Source: a virus. Taken from it: a DNA stretch of 64,000 nucleotides. Made by a program: the position numbers and the translations under genes. The notes under the pieces are model-generated. The model made no database searches, was not told the origin of the DNA, and worked only from the letters and a program-made list of their open reading frames with translations. Positions 16,619-25,791 of the stretch are shown in pieces; position 1 is the first letter of the stretch; every line of letters begins with the position of its first letter. Location: IMG/VR virus record IMGVR_UViG_3300013013_000010. One strand, written 5' to 3'.

Positions 16619-17336
16619 GGGCGTCGGCCTCCTGCTCGTCGGGAGGGGAAGCGATCCGCTGGCCGACCACCGCGCCGCACTCGTGGCAGATGACCATCGA
16701 CGTGGCCGTCACCGGCGCCGCCGAGCACCACTCACACGAGCGCGGCGCGACCTGGGTGGCGGCACTCGCACACGTCGGGCAGCGCGCCGGAGACGCCGCG
16801 GAGGGCAGGAACAGCGCCGACTTGCCCGCGGCGGCGACCAGCTCCTCGGTGTCAAGGTTCATCCCCGCGGCCCAGGCGGCGTGCAGGATGGTGAACGGCT
16901 CGGACCCGGCCATGCCCGGCCGCCAGCCGCCGGGCTGGTCGCGCCAGGGCAGGTCGGTCACCGGGCCCACCCAGCCGCAGGCGGCGTCGGTGCAGGCATA
17001 CAACTGCGGGCCGCAGGTGTCGCTGAACTGCCCGCAGTCCGCGCCGTCGCACAGCCAGCCCGGGGTGGACTCGACATGGGCGGGCAGCGGCATCGTCTCG
17101 GTCACCGCCAGCAGCAGGAACGCCTGGCGGCCGGGCTTGTTCAGCCGCACCACCACGCTGCCGTCGTCGCCGACGTCCACGAAGGCGAACACCTGGAGCC
17201 CGCCCTCGCGCAGGTCGGCCAGCCTCCCGGCCAGCGACAGACGGAACGCCTCCAGGGTCATGGTCACCGGCTCGGGCGCGGTGTCATCCGAACGTTCGTG
17301 CACAAATGCCTCGACGTGGTATAAAAGCCGTGTCAT
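16602..17336 (-). CDS. Cys-rich multi-zinc-finger protein, first gene of the early operon, probably leaderless
   Basis: Several CxxC/Cx4C pairs; ATG 5 nt after a TACTGT -10. Confidence 0.65.
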   Translation of the reverse strand: MTRLLYHVEAFVHERSDDTAPEPVTMTLEAFRLSLAGRLADLREGGLQVFAFVDVGDDGSVVVRLNKPGRQAFLLLAVTETMPLPAHVESTPGWLCDGADCGQFSDTCGPQLYACTDAACGWVGPVTDLPWRDQPGGWRPGMAGSEPFTILHAAWAAGMNLDTEELVAAAGKSALFLPSAASPARCPTCASAATQVAPRSCEWCSAAPVTATSMVICHECGAVVGQRIASPPDEQEADAHALHA

Positions 17337-17341
17337 CGCGT

Positions 17342-17370
17342 ACAGTAGTGACGCAAACCCAGAGCGTCAA
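17342..17370 (-). promoter_or_regulatory. Leftward sigma70-type promoter with overlapping inverted repeat
   Basis: TTGACG-N17-TACTGT; TGACGC-N9-GCGTCA palindrome at 17349-17369. Confidence 0.75.
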
Positions 17371-17421
17371 GGCAACACGCTACGCTCCGTATGCCCGCGT
17401 GCTCCCGGAAGGTGCCCCCCT

Positions 17422-18009
17422 GTGAGCTACCGCTCCGCTGACGGCGAGGAGATCGCCGCGACCGACCCCGACGCCCTGCCCCCGGCGCCCGCCCAGCTCC
17501 TGTCCCACCGCCGCCGGGCCCGCAAGGCCCTGTCCCCCGCCCAGCTCCGCTCCGCCGAGCGGGAGAAGCGCGCCCTGTCGCTGCGCCTGGGCGGGGCCAA
17601 CTTCGCCGACATCGCCGCCCAGCTCGGCTACGCCACCCCCTCGGGCGCCTACCGCGCGGTCGAGCGGGCGCTGGAGCGCTGGGGGGCTGAGGACGCCGCC
17701 CACCTGCGCCGCATCGAGTTCGCGCGCATGGACGTGATGACCGAGAAGCTGTGGCCGCTGATCGAGTCCGGCGACCAGGACGCCATGGCCCTGTACCTCA
17801 AGCTGGCCGACCGGCGGGCGAAGATGGCGGGGCTGGACGCGCCCAAGCGCACCGAGATCACCGCCCCCAACGGGCCCGTGGTCGCCGTGGAGCGGGTCGA
17901 GCACACCCTGGAGTACCAGGCGCTGGTCGCCCAGGTCATGCACGACAACGGCGGCACCCTGCCCGGGGTCACCGTGATCGACGTCGAGACCCAGGAGGCC
18001 GCCGGATGA
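17422..18009 (+). CDS. terS: Terminase small subunit
   Basis: N-terminal HTH (AL.LR..GA.F..IA..LGY); DRRAKM.GLDAP; upstream of TerL. Confidence 0.8.
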   Translation: MSYRSADGEEIAATDPDALPPAPAQLLSHRRRARKALSPAQLRSAEREKRALSLRLGGANFADIAAQLGYATPSGAYRAVERALERWGAEDAAHLRRIEFARMDVMTEKLWPLIESGDQDAMALYLKLADRRAKMAGLDAPKRTEITAPNGPVVAVERVEHTLEYQALVAQVMHDNGGTLPGVTVIDVETQEAAG

Positions 18010-18260
18010 GCGCGACGACCCCGCCCGGGGCCCCTGGGCCCTCCCGCTCCCCTGGACCCCCCGGCCCCCCGGTGCGCCCTGGGCTGTCCCCGCGCCTGCT
18101 CGGCGTGCTCGGCGCGAGCATGTACAGCCTCGGCGGCTGGGTGCTGATCGCCTGGACCTGGCCCAGGCCCGGCGCGGCCGGGGTCGTGCTGCACGCCCTC
18201 ATCACCACGCTGCTGTTCACCATCGCCCTGTCGCTGCGCCGCGGCGACGACGACGAGTAG
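18006..18260 (+). CDS. Small two-TM membrane protein
   Basis: ATGA overlap with terS; two hydrophobic segments. Confidence 0.6.
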   Translation: MSATTPPGAPGPSRSPGPPGPPVRPGLSPRLLGVLGASMYSLGGWVLIAWTWPRPGAAGVVLHALITTLLFTIALSLRRGDDDE

Positions 18261-18336
18261 CCCTGTAGCCCGACCACCACCACCCACCCCGCCCAGTGGC
18301 CCGCCGTGCCCTCCAGCTCACCGCCTGGAGGCCGTC

Positions 18337-19722
18337 GTGCCCACCGCCACCACCGCCACCACCCAGGTCACCGACCGCACCTCCCAGCGCGTCGCCCAGC
18401 TCACCGCCGCCGCCGCCCGCCTCCTGCAGATCCCCCACTGCCCCCACGTGCCCACCCCGCGCCAGGCCCGCTTCCTGCTGGAGTTTTCCCGCGAGGCGCT
18501 GTTCGGCGGGGCGGCGGGCGGCGGCAAGTCCGACGCGATCCTCATGGCCGCCCTGCAGTACATCGACGTGCCCGGCTACGCAGCGATCGCGTTCCGCAAG
18601 TCCTACTCCGACCTGTCGCTGCCCGGCGCGCTCATGGACCGCGCCAAGTCCTGGCTGGCCGACACCTCCGCGCGCTGGAAGGAGGACGAGAAGACCTTCG
18701 TCTTCCCCTCCGGCGCCACCCTGACCTTCGGCTACCTGGAACGCGACCTGGACCGCTACCGCTACCAGGGCTCGGAGTACCAGTTCATCGGCTTCGACGA
18801 ACTCACCCAGATCGCCGAGACCAACTACCTGTACCTGTTCTCCCGCCTGCGCCGCCCCCAGGCCCGGTCCAACCCCGCCCTGGGCGCGGTCCCGCTGCGC
18901 ATGCGCGCCGCCTCCAACCCCGGCGGCATCGGCCACGACTGGGTCTACCGGCGCTTCTTCGTCGAGGGCCCGGCCAAGGGCCGGGTGTTCGTCCCCTCCA
19001 AGCTTGACGACAACCCCCACCTTGACCAGGCCGAGTACCGCCACTCGCTGTCCGAACTGGACCCGGTCACCCGCGCCCAGCTCCTCCACGGCGACTGGAC
19101 CGTCCGCCCCGAGGGCCGCGTGTTCCGCCGCGACTGGTTCCCGATCGTCGCCGCCGCCCCGCCCGACTGCACCTGGGTGCGCTACTGGGACCTGGCCGCC
19201 TCTGACCCCGGCCCGTCCAACCCCGACCCCGACTACACCGCCGGTGCCCTGCTCGGCCGCTCGCGCTCCACGCGGATGTTCTACCTGGCCGACATGGCCC
19301 GCTTCCGCGGCTCGCCGGAGGCCGTGGAGCGCCGCCTGGTGCTCACCTCCGCCGCCGACGGCCGCCTGGTCCGCCGCTACATCGAGCAGGAGCCCGGCGG
19401 GGCGGGCAAGGCCCACCACGACGCGCTGCGCCGCGGGGCGCTGGCCGACTACCCGTTCGGCTCGCACCGCTCCACCGGCGACAAGGTCACCCGCGCCGCG
19501 TCGCTGGCCGCCCAGGCCGAGGGCGGCCGGGTGCACCTGGTCTCCGGGCCGTGGAACAGCGACTTCCTCGACGAGCTGGCCGGGTTCCCCGACGGCGCCG
19601 CACACGACGACCAGGTCGACGCGGCCTGCGGGGCGATGGAGAAGCTCATCGTCCAGGCGGCGCCGCTGGCCGGTGGGCCGATCTCCATCCAGCGCTCGGA
19701 TCGCGGCTGGCGGCCCGGCTAG
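18337..19722 (+). CDS. terL: Terminase large subunit
   Basis: LFGGAAGGGKS; GFDELTQ; ASNPGG.GH.WV; YWDLAA and HDDQVDA nuclease motifs. Confidence 0.95.
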   Translation: MPTATTATTQVTDRTSQRVAQLTAAAARLLQIPHCPHVPTPRQARFLLEFSREALFGGAAGGGKSDAILMAALQYIDVPGYAAIAFRKSYSDLSLPGALMDRAKSWLADTSARWKEDEKTFVFPSGATLTFGYLERDLDRYRYQGSEYQFIGFDELTQIAETNYLYLFSRLRRPQARSNPALGAVPLRMRAASNPGGIGHDWVYRRFFVEGPAKGRVFVPSKLDDNPHLDQAEYRHSLSELDPVTRAQLLHGDWTVRPEGRVFRRDWFPIVAAAPPDCTWVRYWDLAASDPGPSNPDPDYTAGALLGRSRSTRMFYLADMARFRGSPEAVERRLVLTSAADGRLVRRYIEQEPGGAGKAHHDALRRGALADYPFGSHRSTGDKVTRAASLAAQAEGGRVHLVSGPWNSDFLDELAGFPDGAAHDDQVDAACGAMEKLIVQAAPLAGGPISIQRSDRGWRPG

Positions 19723-19773
19723 GGCTAGGGTCCGGCTAGACCGCTGCGGCGACCACGGCCTACCATCCGGCGC

Positions 19774-20136
19774 ATGACCGATCCGGACCCCGAACGCCAG
19801 ATCCGCCAGCTCTACAACGACGTCGGCGACCTCCTTGAGCTGCTCGGCAACTTCCGTGACGAGACCCGGACGGCGCTGTCCTCGGTGACCACGCGCCTGG
19901 TCGAACAAGGCCAGGGCCTCGTCCAGCTCGGCGGTCGCATCGACGCGGTGGAGGAGCGGCTCGGCCAGCGCATCGACGGGGTAGAAGGGCGGCTCGGCGG
20001 CCGCATCGACGCGGTGGAGAGTCGCATCGACGCGGTGGAGAGTCGCATCGACGCAGTTGAGGCGCGGCTGGGGAGCCGAATCGACGGGGTGCACGCCAAG
20101 CTGGACCGCATCCTGGACCGCCTGCCCGAGCGCTGA
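19774..20136 (+). CDS. Coiled-coil protein with 7/11-residue RIDAVE repeats
   Basis: RIDAVEERLGQ/RIDGVEGRLGG/RIDAVES x2 repeats; TACCAT -10 lies 7 nt before the ATG. Confidence 0.75.
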   Translation: MTDPDPERQIRQLYNDVGDLLELLGNFRDETRTALSSVTTRLVEQGQGLVQLGGRIDAVEERLGQRIDGVEGRLGGRIDAVESRIDAVESRIDAVEARLGSRIDGVHAKLDRILDRLPER

Positions 20137-20260
20137 GGACAGCCGAAACATGGCAGCGCCCCCCGCCGGATTCACCCCAGCGGGGGGCGCTGTGGTCCCA
20201 AAGCCCCGGCGACGTGGCACACCTGCTGCCAGAGGCCGACCCGGGGCGTCCGCCGCCAGC

Positions 20261-21832
20261 CTAGGGCCGCAGCCCGGCCAGCAGCTCATCGGTCGCCAGC
20301 GTCCCCGGGCAGCTCTTGCCCTCGTCGCTGTACTTGCGGTGCCCGGCGATGGTCCAGCCCTCCGCCAGCCGCCCCTCCCGCTCCAGCCTGGCCAGCAGCC
20401 TTCGCGCCGCCTCCTGCGCCTGGGCCGTCGGCGCCTGCCCATCCCCATTACCCCGGAAGCACACGTGGATGCGGTCCACGTTGAAGCCCCTCGCCGCCGC
20501 GGCCACCGCCCGGAAGTTGCGGCCCTGGGCGACCTCACCGCGGTTGGAGATCAGCGCCTGGTAGCCGATCCCGCCGTCATAGCCGCGGTCCTGGACGTGG
20601 TAGCGCTCGTCGCCGCGGACATCGGCCAGGAACGCGGCGTGGTCCAGATCCCGGTTCACCGGCCGCCCATCGCTGTCCACCGCCCCCTGGGTGTGGAACA
20701 CCACCGCCACCGCCGGGGGCAGGCTGTCCGCCGCATACCGCTGCGGGTAGGCCGTGCCCCACTCCTGCCGGGTGATGATCACCAGCTCGCCGGGGTCGGC
20801 CCGGTTCTCGGCCAGCTCCGGGGAGGTCGCGGCGAAGTCCTGCTCGGCCAGCGCCTCGTCCAGCGCCGCCCTGGTCCTGGGCCCCACCACCTGGTCCGCC
20901 GGTATCCCCCACCCGCCCTGGGCCATGCCCACCCGGGCCGCCGTCCCCGCCCCGTACACCCCGTCGGCGGCCAGGTGGTCCGCCGGGGCCACCCAGGCCA
21001 GGCGGTTGAGCTTGACCTGCAGCTCCCTGACGTCCTCGCCGCGCATCACCGGGTCGGCCAGGCGCAGCACCCGGGGCACCCCCGACGCCGCCGCCCTGGC
21101 CGCCGCCTGCTGCGCGGCGATCGCCGCCTGCGCCTGGGAGTAGAACCAGCCGATCGCCGCCTCGGTCTGCCTACCCGGCACCCCGTCCACGGCGATGTCG
21201 GGGTCAGGCCCGACCTCGTTGTACCGCCGCTGCAGCCGGGCCAGCGCCGCCGCCGACCCCGGCCCCCAGACCCCGTCGCACCAGGTGTCCCGGGCCATGG
21301 GCGTACCGGCGAAGCCCAGGTCATACATCTGCTGCTGGAGGATCTTGGCCTCAGCGGCGGTGGGCCCGGGGCGCTGGGTGGCCCCTGTCTGCGCACCCCG
21401 GATATCGCTGACCCTGACCACCATGGGCCCGGCGTTGCACTTGGCCCTGCTCCAGCCCGTGCACTGCACGTGCCAGGGCTCACCGGGCACGGTCAGGCTC
21501 AGCCCATGGCGGGCCAGCTTGGCGCGCAGCTCCCTTCTGTCCCCCGGCCGCAGGCCGTTGTGGAACTTCACGTCCCCGGCGCCACGGCAGATGTGGAAGC
21601 TGCCGCCGGGCTGGCCGCAGGGGACCGGCTTGGCGGCGAGGTTGCCCTTGCCCGCGAGCCACAGCCGGTACAGGTACGCCTGCTCGGAGATGTCACGGTG
21701 GCCGGAGGTGACGTGCAGGTCCCAGCCGACGTCGTCGGCGTAGCGCTGGAGGCGGCGGGCGAGTTCGAGGTTGAGGCCGACGAGGTCGCCGGTGAGACGT
21801 GCCACGGGGTGCCTCCTGGGGGAGGAGGCCAC
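20261..21832 (-). CDS. Modular endolysin: M15-like peptidase, PG-binding repeats, PGRP/T7-type amidase
   Basis: TSGHR...EQ..SFH...A.D..EPWH; three DGV.GP.T repeats; IITR.EWG..VFHT..IGY..L...GE..GR..GHR...SCPG. Confidence 0.9.
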   Translation of the reverse strand: MASSPRRHPVARLTGDLVGLNLELARRLQRYADDVGWDLHVTSGHRDISEQAYLYRLWLAGKGNLAAKPVPCGQPGGSFHICRGAGDVKFHNGLRPGDRRELRAKLARHGLSLTVPGEPWHVQCTGWSRAKCNAGPMVVRVSDIRGAQTGATQRPGPTAAEAKILQQQMYDLGFAGTPMARDTWCDGVWGPGSAAALARLQRRYNEVGPDPDIAVDGVPGRQTEAAIGWFYSQAQAAIAAQQAAARAAASGVPRVLRLADPVMRGEDVRELQVKLNRLAWVAPADHLAADGVYGAGTAARVGMAQGGWGIPADQVVGPRTRAALDEALAEQDFAATSPELAENRADPGELVIITRQEWGTAYPQRYAADSLPPAVAVVFHTQGAVDSDGRPVNRDLDHAAFLADVRGDERYHVQDRGYDGGIGYQALISNRGEVAQGRNFRAVAAAARGFNVDRIHVCFRGNGDGQAPTAQAQEAARRLLARLEREGRLAEGWTIAGHRKYSDEGKSCPGTLATDELLAGLRP

Positions 21833-22248
21833 GCAAGGGCACTGGGGGGACTGGGGCAGCGTAACGGCCTACGCCTCCCTACGCCTTCTTCAGCGGGGTG
21901 AACGCGGGTGGAACGCGGGTGCGCGGGTGCGCGGCCTACGCCTCCTTGTCCCATCTTGCTCGTTCTGCCCCTTGCGTTCCCTGAGCCCTTCTGTACCCTC
22001 TGCCCTCTAGGCCACCTGGCTGCCTTTGGAAGTGGCCGATCGGTTACAGGAGAATCGCAGTTATGTAAACCTCTGCTCCTGCCGGTCATGGCCTCCTGGT
22101 GTCCTTCGATGCACTCGGTGTCGTGTGCCCCGGCAGCTTGCGGCCCTCGTGGCCTTCCATGTGCTCCCGGCGGGGTTTCTTCCCGGATTTCTGCCGGTTG
22201 TCCAGTTTGGGCCTTGGGACCCGACGGTCCCCGGTCGCCCTCTGCCCA

Positions 22249-22338
22249 TATACAGAACGAACGATCAGCCGCCCCCCGGTCGCCCCCCGCCCGTATACAG
22301 AACGAACGATCACCCCACATATACAGAACGAACGATCA
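22249..22338 (+). repeat. Three exact 19-nt direct repeats TATACAGAACGAACGATCA
   Basis: Copies at 22249-67, 22294-312 and 22320-38; the first two preceded by CCCGGTCGCCC. Confidence 0.95.
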
Positions 22339-22350
22339 TATAGGTAGACG

Positions 22351-22737
22351 ATGACCGACTCCCTCGACCGCGCCTACGCCGAGCGCAACATCCTCGCCGC
22401 CGCCCTCCTCTGGCGCGCCGCCCAGGAGGGCCACCCCGTCGGCTGGCGCGACGACACCGCCGACGGGCCCGACTGGCCCTGCGTCTACGCCGACCTGCCC
22501 ACCGGCCAGGTCTCCTGGCACTTCCCGCGGGCCGAGTTCACCGCCCTGTTCGCCGGACTGCCGCCCTACCCCCACACCTACGACGGCCACGACACCGGCG
22601 CCAAGTACGCCCGCGTGCTGGAGTGGATGGGCATGCTGCCCGGGGACGCGGTGAGGTGGCTGGACGAGATCACCGGCGGCGCCTACTCGCGGCAGGTGGT
22701 CCCGCGGCAGGCGGCCCCGCGGCAGGCGGACCGATGA
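22351..22737 (+). CDS. Conserved phage protein (LPTGQVSWH...YDGH, WDGH-like)
   Basis: Motif recalled from widespread phage hypotheticals. Confidence 0.75.
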   Translation: MTDSLDRAYAERNILAAALLWRAAQEGHPVGWRDDTADGPDWPCVYADLPTGQVSWHFPRAEFTALFAGLPPYPHTYDGHDTGAKYARVLEWMGMLPGDAVRWLDEITGGAYSRQVVPRQAAPRQADR

Positions 22738-23102
22738 CCGGCGGCTCCAGCATCCCCGGCGGCCCGCTCACCGACGCCGAGGCCGCCACCGCCCGCGCCC
22801 TGGGCATGCCCGCCACCATCGACGAGGGCATCCACTGGCTGCTGGACCGCGGGCTGGTCGACCCTGGCCCCAAGCCCGGCACCGTCCGGCTCAACCGCCA
22901 CGGCGTCATGGCCGCGACCCTGCTGCTGACCGTCGTCGGCGCCCAGGCCCGGGCCATGCCCGGGGCGCTGTGGGCCAAGCTGGACGTCGCCTGCAGGCGG
23001 GCGGTGACCGCGCTCATGCGCGCGTTCATCGACGCCCCCGACGCCGCCGCCCCCGACGCCGCCGCCAACGCCCCCGACGACCAGGAGGAGGCCAGCCCAT
23101 GA
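22734..23102 (+). CDS. Hypothetical protein (paralog of 23099-23500)
   Basis: ATGA coupling; shares ALG.P.T....WL...L..P..V.LN.HG..A..LLL...GA. Confidence 0.7.
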   Translation: MTGGSSIPGGPLTDAEAATARALGMPATIDEGIHWLLDRGLVDPGPKPGTVRLNRHGVMAATLLLTVVGAQARAMPGALWAKLDVACRRAVTALMRAFIDAPDAAAPDAAANAPDDQEEASP

Positions 23103-23500
23103 CCACATCACCAACACCCCCACCCGACCACATCACCGACGCCGTCGCGGCCCTGGGCCTGCCCATGACCATGCCGCAGGTGCTCACCTGGCTCGCCGAG
23201 CACGACCTGGCCTCCCCCATCCCCGGCGACACCCCGCCCTACCAGCACGTGGCGCTGAACCAACACGGCCTGACCGCCCTGTCCCTTCTCCTCCTCGCCC
23301 ACGGCGCCACCGCCTGGCAGCGCCGGGACCCGGAGTGGCGGGCGCTGTCCCTGGCCTGCGCCAGCACCTACCGTCACCTGCTGCGTGCGCACATGGGCGC
23401 CGAGGTGACGGGCGAGCCGGGCAGCCCGGCCTACACCACCCCGCTCGCCGCCGACGACACCCACGACCCCCACCACCCCCCGGGCCCCGCCGATGCCTGA
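23099..23500 (+). CDS. Hypothetical protein (paralog of 22734-23102)
   Basis: As above. Confidence 0.7.
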   Translation: MTTSPTPPPDHITDAVAALGLPMTMPQVLTWLAEHDLASPIPGDTPPYQHVALNQHGLTALSLLLLAHGATAWQRRDPEWRALSLACASTYRHLLRAHMGAEVTGEPGSPAYTTPLAADDTHDPHHPPGPADA

Positions 23501-23669
23501 CCTGCGCTGCCCCCACCCGCCGGAGGCGACCCTCACGCTGTGGTTCTGCGGTGAGTGCGGCGAGCCGCGCCACGGCTGCGCCCACCGCTGTCTGCCGGTG
23601 GACCAGCGCGAGTGGCCCGCCCCCGCCATCCCTGTCCCCGCCGCCACCACCATCGAGCCGCGGCCATGA
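23493..23669 (+). CDS. Small Cys/His zinc-finger protein (58 aa)
   Basis: CPHP..CGEC..HGCAHRC; coupled to both neighbours. Confidence 0.6.
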   Translation: MPDLRCPHPPEATLTLWFCGECGEPRHGCAHRCLPVDQREWPAPAIPVPAATTIEPRP

Positions 23670-23974
23670 CCCGCGCCGCCCTGGGGCTCATCGCCACCGT
23701 CCTGTGCACCCTGCTCATGGGCGTGTGCATCGGCCACGGAACCCGCCTGCTCCTGGCCGCCCGCACCGCCCCCCGCCTGCTGGCCGACGCCGCCGTGCGC
23801 GGCACCTGCCTGCTGCTGCTGGCCATCGCCTCGGCCAACCTGGCCGTCTTCTGGGTTCTGTGGGGCAACGGCGGCGACGGCACCCCGCTGCTTGTGGCCC
23901 TGCTCGTGGCCGGGCTGTTCGCCATCCTCGCCGCGGGCTACCCGGCCCTGATCCAGCGGAGGCGCGGCCGATGA
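23666..23974 (+). CDS. Three-TM membrane protein
   Basis: Three hydrophobic segments; ATGA overlaps. Confidence 0.7.
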   Translation: MTRAALGLIATVLCTLLMGVCIGHGTRLLLAARTAPRLLADAAVRGTCLLLLAIASANLAVFWVLWGNGGDGTPLLVALLVAGLFAILAAGYPALIQRRRGR

Positions 23975-24261
23975 CCGAGCCGCCGGAGTCGCTGGAGTTG
24001 CTGGAGTCCCTGGAATCCTCCGAGGTGCTCGTGGTCAAGCGCCTGTCCGTCGGCACCGCTCTGGCCGCCGACGACGCCACCCTCGCCTACGGCCTGCGCC
24101 TGGTCGGCGAGCAGGACCACAAGCCCATCACCGTCCGCGCGGTGCTGGACATGGACATGGTCGCCATGCTCGTGGTCTACGCCCACTCGCTGTTCGGCGG
24201 CGGCGAGGAGTTCCTGGCCGCCCTGCGCCGCGCGGTCGAACGGCTGGGGGACGACCGGTGA
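23971..24261 (+). CDS. Hypothetical protein (paralog of 26849-27136)
   Basis: Shares A.LV..A...FG...EF..AL..AVE.L.DD. Confidence 0.7.
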   Translation: MTEPPESLELLESLESSEVLVVKRLSVGTALAADDATLAYGLRLVGEQDHKPITVRAVLDMDMVAMLVVYAHSLFGGGEEFLAALRRAVERLGDDR

Positions 24262-24545
24262 CGGCGGTGACCCCGCTGGAGTGGGTCGCCACCGGCGGCG
24301 CGGTGGTCTCCGCCATCGTCGTGGTGGTCATGTCTGTGCGCATCCGGCGCGCCCCCCCCGGCGCCTTTTCCACCGGGCCCATCCGCACCCTGCTGGCCTG
24401 CGCCGCGGCGACCAACCTGGCCATCTTCCTCGCCGACGTCTCCTGGACCAAGGCCGCCAACCTGACCATGGCCGTCGGGCTGGCCCTGAGCGCCGCCTAC
24501 TACCGGCGCATCCTGGCCGCCATCCGCGGGAACGACCGCCGATGA
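24258..24545 (+). CDS. Three-TM membrane protein
   Basis: Hydrophobic segments; coupled. Confidence 0.7.
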   Translation: MTAVTPLEWVATGGAVVSAIVVVVMSVRIRRAPPGAFSTGPIRTLLACAAATNLAIFLADVSWTKAANLTMAVGLALSAAYYRRILAAIRGNDRR

Positions 24546-24775
24546 CCGCCGCCACCGGCGACCCCCTCATCTGGCTCGCCCAGCGCGACGCCCAGATCAC
24601 CCTGGAGCGGGTCCGCTACACCGACGTCCTCAAGGTCAGCGTCAGCCTGCGCATGCCGTCCGGCCCGCCGTTCACCGCCACCTCCCCCGTCCCCGCGTGG
24701 GCCCTGCACACCGCCGATGACCCGCGCGCGCTCCTGGACGACGCCCTGCGGCGCTGCATCGGGATGCTGTCGTGA
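24542..24775 (+). CDS. Hypothetical protein
   Basis: ATGA-coupled; high GC3. Confidence 0.65.
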   Translation: MTAATGDPLIWLAQRDAQITLERVRYTDVLKVSVSLRMPSGPPFTATSPVPAWALHTADDPRALLDDALRRCIGMLS

Positions 24776-25031
24776 CCATCCACGAGCGCCCGCCGCGCCC
24801 CCTGGCCCCGCTCACCTCCGGCGACCCCCTCTACACCGTGGCCGAGGTCGCCGAGTTCCTGCGCGTGTCGCCGATGACCATCTACCGCGAGATCCGCCGC
24901 GGCGCGATGTCGGCCATGCGCGTCGGCAACGCCTCCCGCATCGCCCCCCCGAGCTGGCCCGCTATCTCGACGCCTCCCAGTCCAGCGATGCAGACTCCCC
25001 CGATGACCCCGACGCCGACACCCCCGCCTGA
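24772..25031 (+). CDS. Excisionase-like HTH_17 DNA-binding protein, apparently frameshifted at a C7 tract (24944-24950)
   Basis: LYTVAEVAEFLRVSPMTIYREIRRG...RVG..RI; the natural continuation ELARYLDA and high GC3 lie in the -1 frame. Confidence 0.65.
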
Positions 25032-25374
25032 CCCGGACACCTGGCCGACGCCGGAGGAGGTGCGCCAGATGTCCCTGCGCGAGCTGCGCCACCGGCTCGG
25101 CATCCCGCCGGTCCGCGGCCCCCTCGGCGTCGTGGACCGGGCCATGGACGTGGTCATCACCGCCCAGATCCGCCGCAACCTGCGCTGGACCTCCCCCGGC
25201 ATCGGGCTGGTCGCCATGCTCGGGGCCATCGTCCATCTCCTGCACGACCCCTTCGACTGGCCGTCCGCCCTGCTCGCCTCCCTCTTCGCCCTCGTCGCGG
25301 CCATGCAGGCGATCCTGCTCGTCCACGCCCTCCGCCAGGACCTGGGCCACCGGCGCCGTCGAGGTCCCCGGTGA
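25003..25374 (+). CDS. Two-TM membrane protein (in frame with the HTH N-terminus as ORF 24772-25374)
   Basis: Two hydrophobic helices; own ATG at 25003 plausible; start uncertain. Confidence 0.55.
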   Translation: MTPTPTPPPDPDTWPTPEEVRQMSLRELRHRLGIPPVRGPLGVVDRAMDVVITAQIRRNLRWTSPGIGLVAMLGAIVHLLHDPFDWPSALLASLFALVAAMQAILLVHALRQDLGHRRRRGPR

Positions 25375-25775
25375 CCTCGGCCCTGCTCCGCGACCCCTAC
25401 CACCTCCTCGACCCGCCCCCGCCGGGCTGGCCGTGGTATGACCGCGACGGCGAAGCCATCACCGCCGAACTCCACGGCCACCTGCTCCAGGACCGCTCCT
25501 ACTGCGTCCTGGCCCTCACCACCCTGCCCGGCGTCGGCACCCTGTCCACCGTCTGGACCGGCTCGGCCACCCACCTCGACGGCCGCGGGCTGTTCGAGAC
25601 CGCCTTCTGCGAGCCCGACGGCACCATCCACGAGGTCGCCACCTACGCCACCCGCCAGGAGGCCGCCCTCGCCCACGCCCGCGTGGTCGGCGTCCTGACC
25701 CTGCCCAACGTCCGCCAGGCCGTGCTGGGTCTGCTCTACCCGCCCGCCACCGCCGCCACCGCCGCCGTCGACTGA
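25371..25775 (+). CDS. Conserved actinophage-type hypothetical protein
   Basis: LSTVW.G......LFET.......Y.T..EA...H pattern. Confidence 0.75.
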   Translation: MTSALLRDPYHLLDPPPPGWPWYDRDGEAITAELHGHLLQDRSYCVLALTTLPGVGTLSTVWTGSATHLDGRGLFETAFCEPDGTIHEVATYATRQEAALAHARVVGVLTLPNVRQAVLGLLYPPATAATAAVD

Positions 25776-25791
25776 ACCCCACCGACCGCAC

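Noticed and set aside
17360-17390. Concatenated NN string of array tract 2 (TTTAGAGCGTAACTAAACGCTAGCACTC) loosely resembles CAGAGCGTCAAGGCAACACGCTACGCTC in the switch region
   Set aside because: Needs four irregular gaps and mismatches and does not fit a fixed skip pattern; likely chance, though worth including in a computational target search
19930-20100. 21/33-nt tandem DNA repeats
   Set aside because: In-frame coding repeats of a coiled coil, not a separate element
22249-22338. CRISPR interpretation of the 19-nt repeats
   Set aside because: Spacers of 26 and 7 nt are unequal, too short and partly repeated
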